Below the pieces are notes generated by a model, which saw only the letters and a program-made list of their open reading frames with translations, ran no database searches and was not told where the DNA came from. Shown piece by piece: positions 23,750 to 33,439 of a stretch of 39,091 nt of DNA (position 1 is its first letter; the number at the start of each line of letters is the position of its first letter). Source of the stretch: a virus (taxonomy: Duplodnaviria; Caudoviricetes); the IMG/VR virus record IMGVR_UViG_3300048890_000088, positions 1-39,091 of that record; one strand, written 5' to 3'. The position numbers were made by a program, and so were the translations under genes.

Positions 23750-24508
23750 GTGGCGAAGATCAAGTCGGTGTACGCGAAGAAGGACGAGATCCCGGCCGGC
23801 AAGGAGGACCTCTTCACCGAGCAGGACGGACAGTGGGTCCTTGATGCGGAAGTCGAAGAGCATCCTGCGGTGGCGGGGCTGCGATCGGCCTACGCGAAGG
23901 AGTCGCAGCGCCGGAAGGACCAGGGCGCGCGGCTGAAGCTCTTCGAGGCCTTGGGGCATGAGCCGGACGACCTCGAGAAGGTGATCGAGATGGCGGAGAA
24001 CGCCGCCGGCGGGAAGAAGGGCGCGACCGACCTGGCGACGTGGAAGGAAGCGACCGTCAAGGCGCACAAGGCGCAGGTCGACAAGCTCACCCTCGGGATC
24101 CAGAAGCGCGACGAGGTCCTCGGCACGATCCTCGGCGAGAACGAACTCCGGAAGGAGTTGGGCCCCAAGGCCCTCTCGATGACCGCCCTGCTCGCGATCG
24201 CGAAGCCGCTGGTCAAGGTGGAGTTCGATGAGGCGACCGGCCAGGCGACCGTCGCCGTGATCGACGACAAGGGAAAGGCCCGCGTGGCCAACGGCCAGGG
24301 GCAGCCCTTCACGATCAAGGACCTGGTCGCGGAGCTCGAGACCAAGGACGACCTCAAGGCGCTCTTCAAGGGCACCGATGCCCGCGGCAGTGGGGCGAGC
24401 GGCGAGAAGGGTCAGGCCGCTGCCTCGAAGACCATCGCCCAGGGCGACACCAAGGCCTTCCTCGCGAATCTCGACGGGATCTCGAAGGGCGAGGTCGCAG
24501 TCCAGTAG
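23750..24508 (+). CDS. capsid scaffolding protein
   Basis: Charged coiled coil before the capsid gene; C-terminal LF...GSGA. Confidence 0.8.
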   Translation: MAKIKSVYAKKDEIPAGKEDLFTEQDGQWVLDAEVEEHPAVAGLRSAYAKESQRRKDQGARLKLFEALGHEPDDLEKVIEMAENAAGGKKGATDLATWKEATVKAHKAQVDKLTLGIQKRDEVLGTILGENELRKELGPKALSMTALLAIAKPLVKVEFDEATGQATVAVIDDKGKARVANGQGQPFTIKDLVAELETKDDLKALFKGTDARGSGASGEKGQAAASKTIAQGDTKAFLANLDGISKGEVAVQ

Positions 24509-24629
24509 CGCAGTGTCTGGCGGGTCCGCGATCGGATCCGCCATCCCCACCCGGAGCGACGCTCCCCCAAGACCCCGCCGGCAGCGCGAGTCGCCAACGG
24601 CCTACCCACGGTTTCCGTGAGAGGTATCA

Positions 24630-25784
24630 ATGGCGAATACCAACTTCCTCGACCAGCTGATCGCGAAGGCCCTGATCACGCTCCGTGAGCAGTGCATCAT
24701 GCCGCGGATGGTCAACACCGATTTCAAGGACACCCCGTCCGGCATCGGCGACACGATCTCGGTGACGATCCCGACCGCGGTCGCCACCACGGACGTGACC
24801 GCCGCCGCGACCCAGACCCAGGGCGCCGACTTCGTGAACGCGAAGGCGCAGGTCGTCCTGAGCCAGTGGAAGAAGAACGGCTACTACTTCACCGACAAGG
24901 AACGCGGTGAGCTCAACGACGGCCAGAAGCTCCGCCAGCAGGACGAGTGCATCCGCTCCCTGGCGAACACCGTCAACGCGTACATCCTGTCGATGTACAA
25001 GGGCTTCTACGGGATCTCCGGCGCGGCCGGCACGACCCCGTTCGCCTCGAACGACCTGACGCCCGCCAAGGTTGCGCGGCGGATCCTCAACCAGCAGATC
25101 TGCCCGATCGCGGGCCGGAACATCGTGCTGGATCCCCTCGCGGAAGCCAACGCGGCCTTCCTCGACAACTTCGTGCGCGCAAGCTACCGCGGCGACCAGG
25201 GCGGCATCCTGGCCGGCCAGATCGGCGAGAAGGTCGGCTTCAACTGGTTCATGGACCAGCAGGTCCCGACCCACACCTCGACCGCCCTCACCGCGGGCGC
25301 CTGCACCGCCAACGGCGTGAACGCCATCAGTGCCGGCTCGACCGACGGCGGGCGCACCGGCACGATCTCGATCGCGAAGGCCACCAACACCAGCCCCCTG
25401 GTGAAGGGTGATGTGCTCACGGTGACGGGCGACGCCCAGACCTACGTGGTCACCGCGGACACCACGCTCGCCGTCGGCAACACCTCGGTGCCAATCGCGC
25501 CGGCCCTGAAGAAGGCCACCGCGGGCGGTGAAGTGATCGTCCTCACGGCCACCCACACCGCGAACCTCGCGTTCCACCCGGATGCGATCGCCTTCGCGAG
25601 CCGCCGGCTCGCGAGCGAGGTGCCGAGCGCGCAGGCCAACTCCCGCGTCATCGCCGACCCCGTCTCGGGCCTCGTGCTCCGGATGGAAATGGTCCGGCAG
25701 AACAAGCAGGACTATGTCGAGTTCGACATCCTGTACGGCGCCGTGAACGCGCGGCCCGAGTTCGGGATGCGGATCCTCGGCTGA
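24630..25784 (+). CDS. major capsid protein (P22 coat-like, with insertion domain)
   Basis: GDTISVTIP, GF.WFMDQ, NLAFHPDAIAFASR, FDILYG...RPE. Confidence 0.92.
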   Translation: MANTNFLDQLIAKALITLREQCIMPRMVNTDFKDTPSGIGDTISVTIPTAVATTDVTAAATQTQGADFVNAKAQVVLSQWKKNGYYFTDKERGELNDGQKLRQQDECIRSLANTVNAYILSMYKGFYGISGAAGTTPFASNDLTPAKVARRILNQQICPIAGRNIVLDPLAEANAAFLDNFVRASYRGDQGGILAGQIGEKVGFNWFMDQQVPTHTSTALTAGACTANGVNAISAGSTDGGRTGTISIAKATNTSPLVKGDVLTVTGDAQTYVVTADTTLAVGNTSVPIAPALKKATAGGEVIVLTATHTANLAFHPDAIAFASRRLASEVPSAQANSRVIADPVSGLVLRMEMVRQNKQDYVEFDILYGAVNARPEFGMRILG

Positions 25785-25857
25785 GCACGATGGGCCCGGG
25801 CTCCCCGCCCGGGTCCGTCGGTTGTACTCCCCTGGCGGGCGGCTCCCCAGGGGACAT

Positions 25858-25932
25858 CGCAGGGTAGCGCAGCCCGGTCAGCGCGCCGGATTCATAATCC
25901 GGAGGTCGGGGGTTCGAATCCCTCCCCTGCTA
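25858..25932 (+). tRNA. tRNA-Met(CAT), initiator-like, CCA not encoded
   Basis: CGCAGGG/CCCTGCT with a 1:72 mismatch; D-loop AGCCCGGTCA; anticodon CAT at 25893-25895; TTCGAAT. Confidence 0.9.
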
Positions 25933-25958
25933 TTGCAGTCCCCAACCCCAGGAGCGTT

Positions 25959-26129
25959 ATGCCGGAGATCATCGAGACCGTTCGCATCAAGCACGACGAA
26001 GTGCCCGGAGGCATGGTGATCGAGAAGAAGGACTTCGATCCCAAGGTCCACGAGCTCTTCGACGCGCCGGCCGAGGGCGAAGCGCCCAAGGCGAAGAAGG
26101 CCAAGGGCAAGAAGGGCGAGGGCGAATAG
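25959..26129 (+). CDS. small head-associated protein (not in the ORF track)
   Basis: SD AGGAG; MPEIIETVRIK...IEKKDFDPKVHELF. Confidence 0.7.
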   Translation: MPEIIETVRIKHDEVPGGMVIEKKDFDPKVHELFDAPAEGEAPKAKKAKGKKGEGE

Positions 26130-26132
26130 TCG

Positions 26133-26645
26133 ATGGCGCTGACCCTCGACGCGACGATCGGTGGGGCGGCCGCGAATGCCTATGCGGACCGCGCCACCGC
26201 CAACGCGTACTTCGATGGTCGGCCCGGGAACGACGCCTGGCTCGCCGCCTCAGACATCGCGGGCGGCGGGCGGGAGCAGGCGCTGGTGGCGGCCACGAGC
26301 CGCCTCGAGCAGGAGCGGTACAAGGGGATGAAAATCGGCACGACGCAACGCCTGCAATGGCCGCGGTCGGGCACCTATGACCCGGACGGGTACTTCTACC
26401 CCCTCACCGCCATCCCGCGTCCGGTCCAGGAGGCCTGCTTCGAGCTCGCGCTCGCGATCCTGAAGTCGAACGCGCTGCTCAGCGGGAACAGCCTGGCGCA
26501 ATTCGCCGACCTGAGTGTCGGCCCGATCAAGCTCTCGCTCCGCGAGGGACCGACCAACGAGGACAAGCTCCCCGCGCCGGTGATCCGGTTGCTGCGGGAC
26601 CTGCGGGAGTGGGGCGCGAACGTCTCGCGCATCGTGCGGACGTGA
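26133..26645 (+). CDS. head-tail adaptor (DnaT-like ssDNA-binding family)
   Basis: ANAY...A.AYF..R, QRLQWPR, IP..V.EA..ELAL, VGPI. Confidence 0.85.
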   Translation: MALTLDATIGGAAANAYADRATANAYFDGRPGNDAWLAASDIAGGGREQALVAATSRLEQERYKGMKIGTTQRLQWPRSGTYDPDGYFYPLTAIPRPVQEACFELALAILKSNALLSGNSLAQFADLSVGPIKLSLREGPTNEDKLPAPVIRLLRDLREWGANVSRIVRT

Positions 26646-27052
26646 CGATCACCACCGACCTCCGGGTGGCGCTCCAGGGGCCGCTCGACACCCTGCTCAC
26701 GGAATTCGGCGTCACCGCGACGCTGCGCCGACCCGCCACCAGCCGGGCGGCCGACAACACGGGCGTGACGATCACGCCGGCGGTCGGTGGCGCCCCGAGC
26801 CCGACGCAGCTCCTGATCGTGAGCCAGAAGAAGGTTGATGTGCAGAAAGTGTTCGGCCAGGAGACGGACGCAGAGCTCCTCGCGATCGTGCGGGACAACG
26901 TTCCCGTGCAGATGAAGGACCGCTTCGAGATCACGTCTGGCACGTCCGCCTCGAGCACCGTGCACTACCAGGTGAATGAGATCGAAGGCGTCGACGCCGG
27001 CGGGATCTGGCAACTCGGGTTGACGCTCGTCCCTGCCCTGCCGGCCAGCTGA
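26642..27052 (+). CDS. head closure protein (putative)
   Basis: Synteny; beta-rich, 136 aa. Confidence 0.6.
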   Translation: MTITTDLRVALQGPLDTLLTEFGVTATLRRPATSRAADNTGVTITPAVGGAPSPTQLLIVSQKKVDVQKVFGQETDAELLAIVRDNVPVQMKDRFEITSGTSASSTVHYQVNEIEGVDAGGIWQLGLTLVPALPAS

Positions 27053-27507
27053 TGGCGATCGATATGCTGAACGATCCGGATGGCTTCCGGAAGAGCGCCG
27101 GGAAGCTCGAGGCACTGATGGCCGATGTCGCGGGCGGATCCTCGCCGACGGTGCGCCTCGCGGGCCTCGAGCTGGTCCGGGCCGCGAAGCTCGAGCTCTC
27201 ACAGCCGGGCAGCGGCCGGACCTACCGGAAGGGGAAGCACACCCACGTCGCCTCGGCGCCAGGCGAACCCCCCGCGGTCGACACGGGCGCCCTACGAAAC
27301 TCGATCGACATGGAGACGGTGGGCGGTGTGCTCCGGGTCGGGTCGGGACTGGAGAAGGCGCCGGGCCTCGAGTTCGGCACGATCGAAGATGGGGGCCACA
27401 TCGCGCCGCGGCCGTTCATGCGGCCCGCGCTCGCGAAGGCGAAGGACAAGATGGGCGGCGTGATGGTGACCGACCTGCGCCGGCATTCCTCAGACCTGGG
27501 AGCATAG
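27052..27507 (+). CDS. HK97 gp10-like tail completion protein
   Basis: ASAPGEPPAVDTGALRNSI...LEFGT...PRPFMRPA. Confidence 0.85.
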   Translation: MAIDMLNDPDGFRKSAGKLEALMADVAGGSSPTVRLAGLELVRAAKLELSQPGSGRTYRKGKHTHVASAPGEPPAVDTGALRNSIDMETVGGVLRVGSGLEKAPGLEFGTIEDGGHIAPRPFMRPALAKAKDKMGGVMVTDLRRHSSDLGA

Positions 27508-27509
27508 CG

Positions 27510-27944
27510 ATGGCCGACCTCCAGCAGACCATGAACGAGGCGCACGTCTCGATCCTCGACGCGGACGCGGGGGTGCGGGCGCTCACGGGGCGCAACAGCG
27601 GCAACTGCCTCCCCTGGACCGACACGACCGACGCCCAGCTCCCGACCCTGATGTACCAGCCGGTCACCCTGGTCCTCGAGAAGGGCGGGATCCCGAACCA
27701 CTGGCACGCCGACTTCCAGCTGGACGCCTTCGCGACCGGCAACGGGGCGGCCAAGAAGGTGAACGACCTCATCGACGCGGCGCTGAAGGCGCTCACTCCG
27801 GCCGCCCTGAAGGCGGCGGGTGTCGACGGCACGATCCTGCGCTACGTGCGGCAGGCGTGGCCCCCGCAGGACCAGAAGTCCAAGAGCAGCTCGCGGCTGA
27901 CGGCCCGGGCGACGCTGACCATCACCTATCGCGTCTTCGCCTAG
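27510..27944 (+). CDS. tail terminator (putative)
   Basis: Synteny; L..D..V.AL.G, FQLDAF. Confidence 0.65.
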   Translation: MADLQQTMNEAHVSILDADAGVRALTGRNSGNCLPWTDTTDAQLPTLMYQPVTLVLEKGGIPNHWHADFQLDAFATGNGAAKKVNDLIDAALKALTPAALKAAGVDGTILRYVRQAWPPQDQKSKSSSRLTARATLTITYRVFA

Positions 27945-27953
27945 GAGGCCCCC

Positions 27954-28697
27954 ATGCCACGCACCAATGACGGGACTGAAGTTGTCCAGCAGCTGAACAC
28001 GCTGCAGATCGCGAGGCTCCTCACCGCCTCGCCCTTCGTGCAGGCCATCACCGCGCCGCTGGCCCGCGCCGCGACCACCGCCACCGTGGCCGCGACCACC
28101 AACGCGACCACCGGCGACCCGGTCTTCATCACGGGCGACGGCGGGACCGAGCTCAACGCGCTCGGCGTCCCGGCGACCACGATGCCGCTCAAGTATAAGG
28201 CGGAATTCGCGCAGTCGACCGGCGCGCTGATCAAGGAGGCGACCCTCGCCGCCCTCGGGCACATCGGGCTCGACACCGCGATCACCTTCCGCGGGAGCCG
28301 CGACCTGGTGCCGATCATCTCGGCGCTGGCCCGGGCCCCGATCAAGTATGTCCAGTCGGGCGTCGCGGACCTGAGCCTGAGCTTCGACCTGGTCCTCTGG
28401 AACAACCTGAACCTCGCGCTGATGTTCGGGCAGGACGAGACCCTCGAGCAGGGCACCGGCGTCCTGGCCACCGACCCGTACCAGATCGGCGTCGGGCTCA
28501 CCTCGATCGGGAACTACACCGGCCTGCAGGCGATCCGCGCGAGCGGGACCTTCACGGACGGGCGGACCTGCCAGGTCGACTTCAACGACGTGGTGGTCCG
28601 GGTGAACGGCGAGGTCCGGATCGGTGGGCGGCCCGACCAGTTCAAGGTGCCGATCACCATGGGCTTCACCAGCATGATCCAGCGCATCGGCACCTGA
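27954..28697 (+). CDS. tail tube protein (putative)
   Basis: Synteny; SD AGGAGG; beta-rich. Confidence 0.65.
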   Translation: MPRTNDGTEVVQQLNTLQIARLLTASPFVQAITAPLARAATTATVAATTNATTGDPVFITGDGGTELNALGVPATTMPLKYKAEFAQSTGALIKEATLAALGHIGLDTAITFRGSRDLVPIISALARAPIKYVQSGVADLSLSFDLVLWNNLNLALMFGQDETLEQGTGVLATDPYQIGVGLTSIGNYTGLQAIRASGTFTDGRTCQVDFNDVVVRVNGEVRIGGRPDQFKVPITMGFTSMIQRIGT

Positions 28698-28700
28698 GAG

Positions 28701-29579
28701 ATGCCGTCCCGGACTGACTCCTGGTCGGTCCGCGGGCTCAAGGAACGCTGCGAGCTTCTCCAGACCGACCTCGAGGCCCGACGCCTCGCGACCGCGGAGG
28801 AGCTCGCCGCGTACTGGCCCGGCGGGAAGAACAACACCGCCGAGCCAGGCCGGGGCCAGTGGATCTTCTGCTACGCCAACTTCGTCCGCTTCCGCGGCCG
28901 CTCGGAGCATCGGGAGGCTGCGGCGTCGGGCGCGGAAGGGGTAGCGCTGGCCATTCTCGCCATTGAGCCGGAGGTGATCGCGACTTCCGGCCTGCCGCTG
29001 GGGGCGCCCGGCCCCCTGGCGGTGCACCAGAAGTCTCTGTGGGCCTTGGGGCACCTCGCGGCCCATGACACCGTCCTCGCGCAGCTGCAGGCGGGTGTGG
29101 CGGCGCTGCGCGGCTCGCGGGAGCCGGCCGACGTGAAGCTCGTCGCCCAGGCCCAGGCCCGCATCGCCGAGGAGCTCACGCTCTGCGTTTGGGCCGCGCT
29201 GCATCCCGGCCCACTGCTCCCCTGGGATCCGAATGGCCCCCTGCCGGAGGCGCCGGACTGGGTCCGGTCGCTCGACGGCTATGTCGTGCTCCGGATCCAG
29301 CGGGCGTACCAGCGCGTCAACGGCACCAACCTCGCCGCGATCCGCGTGCTCCTGGCCCCGGATCCCGACGCCGGCGGCGGGGACACTCCCCTCACGCTGT
29401 TCGCGGGGATCCTGTCGGGCACGAAGGCGGACCTCGGCTTCACGCCCGAGCGGATGATCCGGGAGCGGCCCCTGCTCCAGTTCCTGGCGCAGATCCAGCT
29501 GCGGGCCAGCGCCGTGCGCGAGGCCTACGCCGCAGCCGAGGTGAAGGCGGAGCGGAAGGCCGCCCGGGAACGGCGATGA
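28701..29579 (+). CDS. tail assembly chaperone (putative)
   Basis: Only ORF between the tube and tape measure genes. Confidence 0.5.
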   Translation: MPSRTDSWSVRGLKERCELLQTDLEARRLATAEELAAYWPGGKNNTAEPGRGQWIFCYANFVRFRGRSEHREAAASGAEGVALAILAIEPEVIATSGLPLGAPGPLAVHQKSLWALGHLAAHDTVLAQLQAGVAALRGSREPADVKLVAQAQARIAEELTLCVWAALHPGPLLPWDPNGPLPEAPDWVRSLDGYVVLRIQRAYQRVNGTNLAAIRVLLAPDPDAGGGDTPLTLFAGILSGTKADLGFTPERMIRERPLLQFLAQIQLRASAVREAYAAAEVKAERKAARERR

Positions 29580-32500
29580 GCGTCAAGATCGATGAGCTCT
29601 TCTATGAGCTCAATGTCCGCACCAGCGGCGTGAAGGATGGCCTCGACAACGCCGAGCGCTCGCTCGGCCGCTTCACGAGCTTTGTGAAGGCGAACCCGAT
29701 GGCCTCGATGGCGGCCCTCGCGGCGGCAATAGGGGCGGTCGGCTACAAGGCCACGTCGATGGCGGCTGATGTGGAGCGCGCCGGCGCCCGGGTCAACGCG
29801 GTTTTCCCTGGGATCGCAGTTACCGCGCGGGCCCTCTCGAACGAGTTCGGGGTCGCGCAGACGACCGTGCTCCAGCTCTTCGACACCATCGAGAAGAACG
29901 GCGAGAAGAGCCGCCGTGGCCTCGAGACCACGGCGGTGGCCGCCCTCAAGCTCAATCAGGCCCTCCATGGCGCCCCGGAGGATGTGAGTTCCGTCGCGGC
30001 CGCGCTGAAGAACACGCTCGACCTCTTCCACCTGAACAGCGACGCCGCCGAAGGGGTCGCCGCGCGCCTCTTCCAGATCTCGGCCGGCAAGGTGCCGCTC
30101 GACCAGCTGGTCGAGGCCCTGCATCACTCGGCGACGATCATCCAGACCAATCGGATCGGCTTTGACCAGGCGGCGGTCGCCCTCGCGCGGATCGTCGGCT
30201 CGGGCGTGCCGGCGCGCCAGGCGGTGCAGCAGCTCGCCACCGAGATCGGCCGCGGGAAGGCCTCGTTCGATCGCTTCACGGCCGGGGCCGGCGACGCCAG
30301 CCAGGCGACCGCCGCCTTCGAGGCCCGCGTGACCGCCCTCGGGGATTCGGCCGATGTGAACGAGGCCAAGATCAAGACGCGCCTGAACAACGCCCTCGTG
30401 GACCTCGGACAGCGGATCCTGCCGATCGTGAACGCCGAGATGGAGGGCCTGGTGGGCCTGCTCGACCAGGCGAGCGGGAAGTCAGGGGCGTTCCGCGCGA
30501 TCGACCAGCTCGGCGACCTGGCCGACCGGGCGCGCGCCGGCGCCACCCCCACGAGCCAGGAGCGATTCTTCGCCGAGCGCGGTGTCCTCGACATCGCGCA
30601 GCAGGCGAAGGAAGGGGACCTGCGGCTCGCGGACCTCGATCCGAGCCATCTCCAGAGCCTCACCCGGACGCTCCAGGACCTCAACACGGTTATCCAGAAT
30701 CCGACGGCGGAGGCGGCGCGGGTGCGCCTGCTGCAGCAGCTGCATCAGCTCGCGCAGCCGGCGCCGGCCAGTCAGGCTGGGCCGACCGGGTCGACGCCCG
30801 AGCAGCTCGCGGCCGGGCACACGATCATCGCTGACATCCAGAAGACGCTGGCGAGCTTCACCACGTCACTCGCCGACGATACCTCGGCGGCGCTCGAGGC
30901 GTTCCGCGCGAAGGTGAGCGATGCGGCCGGGAAGATCCCCCCCGAGCTCGCCGCGCAGTTCAAGGCGGCGACCGATGCCGTCATCGCGAACTACATCCAG
31001 CGGATCGCCGACATCAAGAGTGGCCTGCAGGCGATCAAGGAGACCGAGCCGATCGGCGGGCACCCGCTGGTGACGCCGACCACGCAGGACCAGCGGGAAC
31101 GGACCGCGGACCAGCTGCTCAATACGATCCCGAACAAGGCCCAGGCCGACACGGCCCGCTTCACCGCGGCGGCCGATCGGTATGCGGCGGCCCGCCAGGC
31201 CGCCAGCGATGCCGCCGGCAAGGACCTCGAGGCCACGCTCGCCACGGCGCGGCTCATCGACCAGGCCGTGCAGGGCGCCCTCGACCTGGGCACTGCCTTC
31301 GGCGTGATCGATCAGACCACCGCGTCCATCTTCTCGAATATCTCGCAGGTCGCCACGGGGATCGGGCCGATGGTGAAGGCGATCAAGGAGCTCAAGGCCG
31401 GCACGGGCGGGGTGGGCTCGGTCGTCGCGACCGCGCTGCCGGTGATCGGGGGGATCGCCCAGCTCGCCGCCTCGCTCTTCGGTCCGAGCCCCCAGGATGA
31501 GGCGCTGCGGAAGGCGATGGAGAAGACGGCCGATGCCGTGGACGCGCTCACCAAGCAGATCGGCAACCTCGGGAACCTGAGCATCACCGGGAATACGCTC
31601 GCCTCGGCGATCGCCGGCATTGCCGCCTTCAACCGCGTTGATACCACATCGGGGACGACCGGTATCGGTGTCGAGCTGCAGACGGGGCGGGCGTTCCGCG
31701 GCGAGACCGGGGTGAATCGACTGAATGCCGCCCTCAAGGGCGCCGGCACTTCGTTGGCCGAGCTGCAGGACCTCGCCGACGGCTTCGGCCTCTCGGTCGA
31801 CTTCACCAGTGGCAACCTGCAGGAGGTCGAGCGGGCGTTCAAGGCGCTCAACGAGGCGATCCAGGCGGCCGAGCTCACTAAGTTCGCGCAGACCTTCTCG
31901 GGGCAGCTGGACGCCCTCCAGGCCCGGTTCAAGCTGTTCCACATCACCGACCCCGTCGCCCAGGCCCAGGCGCTCCTCGCGCTGCAGGGGAAGACCGTGA
32001 CGGATGGCCAGGGGAATACGTCGAACCTCGGCTCCCCCACGATCGCGAATGCGCTCGGCGGCGTCGACCTGTCGACCGCGGGCGGCCAGGCGGCGGCCGA
32101 GAAGATCATCCAGGGGCTCTTCGACCAACTCAACTCGGCCGACAAGCTCTCCCCTGATCAGCAGGCGGCGTTCCTCGGCGGCCTCACGGCCCAGCAGTTC
32201 CTCGATACCCTCCTGCAGCTGCAGGCGCTCCTCGACCAGGCGCAGTCGCAGGGCGGCACGGGTCAGACCGAAGGGTTCGCCGTCTCGCGGACGATCACCG
32301 AGGTCACCGGCGATCGCCTGGCGGGGATCCTCACCTCCTCGGATGCCCGGCTCCAGGAGCTGGTCGACATCGGGAACGCGCAGCTGGCCCTGCTCGGCGG
32401 CGGGAGCATCACCGCCGGTGTGAGTGCCGCAGCGGCCAGCCTCAGTGCACCCGGGGTCGGGGGCGGCGGTGACGTGAACATCGACTCGGTCTCGGTCAGC

Positions 32501-32641
32501 GTGGGCATGGCGGGGGCGACCGACCCGGTCAGCGCCGGCCAGCAGGCCGCGAAGGCGTTCGTGTCGAGCATTGATGCGGCGCTGGGCCGTCGGGCCCGGG
32601 CTAAGCTCCGCCAGTTCGGCAACCCCCTGGTGCGGAGCTAA
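29576..32641 (+). CDS. tape measure protein (1021 aa)
   Basis: MSVKIDELFYEL start; long Ala/Gly/Leu helical protein; precedes Dit. Confidence 0.9.
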   Translation: MSVKIDELFYELNVRTSGVKDGLDNAERSLGRFTSFVKANPMASMAALAAAIGAVGYKATSMAADVERAGARVNAVFPGIAVTARALSNEFGVAQTTVLQLFDTIEKNGEKSRRGLETTAVAALKLNQALHGAPEDVSSVAAALKNTLDLFHLNSDAAEGVAARLFQISAGKVPLDQLVEALHHSATIIQTNRIGFDQAAVALARIVGSGVPARQAVQQLATEIGRGKASFDRFTAGAGDASQATAAFEARVTALGDSADVNEAKIKTRLNNALVDLGQRILPIVNAEMEGLVGLLDQASGKSGAFRAIDQLGDLADRARAGATPTSQERFFAERGVLDIAQQAKEGDLRLADLDPSHLQSLTRTLQDLNTVIQNPTAEAARVRLLQQLHQLAQPAPASQAGPTGSTPEQLAAGHTIIADIQKTLASFTTSLADDTSAALEAFRAKVSDAAGKIPPELAAQFKAATDAVIANYIQRIADIKSGLQAIKETEPIGGHPLVTPTTQDQRERTADQLLNTIPNKAQADTARFTAAADRYAAARQAASDAAGKDLEATLATARLIDQAVQGALDLGTAFGVIDQTTASIFSNISQVATGIGPMVKAIKELKAGTGGVGSVVATALPVIGGIAQLAASLFGPSPQDEALRKAMEKTADAVDALTKQIGNLGNLSITGNTLASAIAGIAAFNRVDTTSGTTGIGVELQTGRAFRGETGVNRLNAALKGAGTSLAELQDLADGFGLSVDFTSGNLQEVERAFKALNEAIQAAELTKFAQTFSGQLDALQARFKLFHITDPVAQAQALLALQGKTVTDGQGNTSNLGSPTIANALGGVDLSTAGGQAAAEKIIQGLFDQLNSADKLSPDQQAAFLGGLTAQQFLDTLLQLQALLDQAQSQGGTGQTEGFAVSRTITEVTGDRLAGILTSSDARLQELVDIGNAQLALLGGGSITAGVSAAAASLSAPGVGGGGDVNIDSVSVSVGMAGATDPVSAGQQAAKAFVSSIDAALGRRARAKLRQFGNPLVRS

Positions 32642-32644
32642 GAC

Positions 32645-33439
32645 ATGGGGATCCCCGCTACCGTCTTCCTGAATGACTATGACCTCGCCGGGCTGGGCGT
32701 CGCCGTCGAGGTCATCGACGGGCTGCGCGCCGCGCCGGCGCAGCGCTGGGTGAGCACGCCGGTCACGGGACGAATGGGCGAGCTCCTGCTCTCTGGGCGG
32801 CCGACGGTCCAATCGCGGGGTCTCACGCTCCATGGGAAGGTCCTTGCCGACACGCAGCTGGCGCTCGAGGCGGCGGTCGACGGGTTCAAGTCGCGCCTCC
32901 TGCAGGGGGCGATTGAGCTCCGGACGGTGGCCCAGCCGGGGCGGGTGCTGCTCTGTCGCCTCACGGGGTTCACGGAGCAGCCGTGGACGCCCCAGATGCT
33001 CTCCCCGCAGTTCGGATTCGCCGCCGACCTCGAGGCGGTGAGCCCAGCCTGGTACGACCGGGATCCCTTCCTCCTCACCGGGGCCGCGACGGTGCGCGTC
33101 GCCTGCCCGGTCGGGGATCTGCCGGTCGCGCCGCTCGTGCAGATCCTGGGCGCCGTCACGAATCCGGTCCTCACGCTGCGCGCGGCGAATGGCGACACCC
33201 GTTCCTCGATGGCCTTCACGGTCACGCTCGCCGCGACCGACTATCTCGAGATCGACATGGATGCCAAGACGGTCACGCGGTATGCGAGCGGCACCGCGAC
33301 CAATGGATTGAGCCTGCTCACGAGCGGGGATTTCCTCGCGCTCTCACCCGAGGATGGCGACGAGCTCGTGGGCGCCTCTCCTGCACTCGATGTGAGCGGC
33401 GGGTCCCTGGTGGTCGCCTATGCACGGCGGTGGGCCTGA
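32645..33439 (+). CDS. distal tail protein (Dit-like)
   Basis: Follows the tape measure; P.WY, G...NP, LEID...KTV, GDFLAL.P. Confidence 0.75.
   Translation: MGIPATVFLNDYDLAGLGVAVEVIDGLRAAPAQRWVSTPVTGRMGELLLSGRPTVQSRGLTLHGKVLADTQLALEAAVDGFKSRLLQGAIELRTVAQPGRVLLCRLTGFTEQPWTPQMLSPQFGFAADLEAVSPAWYDRDPFLLTGAATVRVACPVGDLPVAPLVQILGAVTNPVLTLRAANGDTRSSMAFTVTLAATDYLEIDMDAKTVTRYASGTATNGLSLLTSGDFLALSPEDGDELVGASPALDVSGGSLVVAYARRWA

Noticed and set aside
25270-25560. Thr/Ala-rich insertion in the capsid protein as a novelty
   Set aside because: Consistent with the known insertion domain of P22-like coat proteins.
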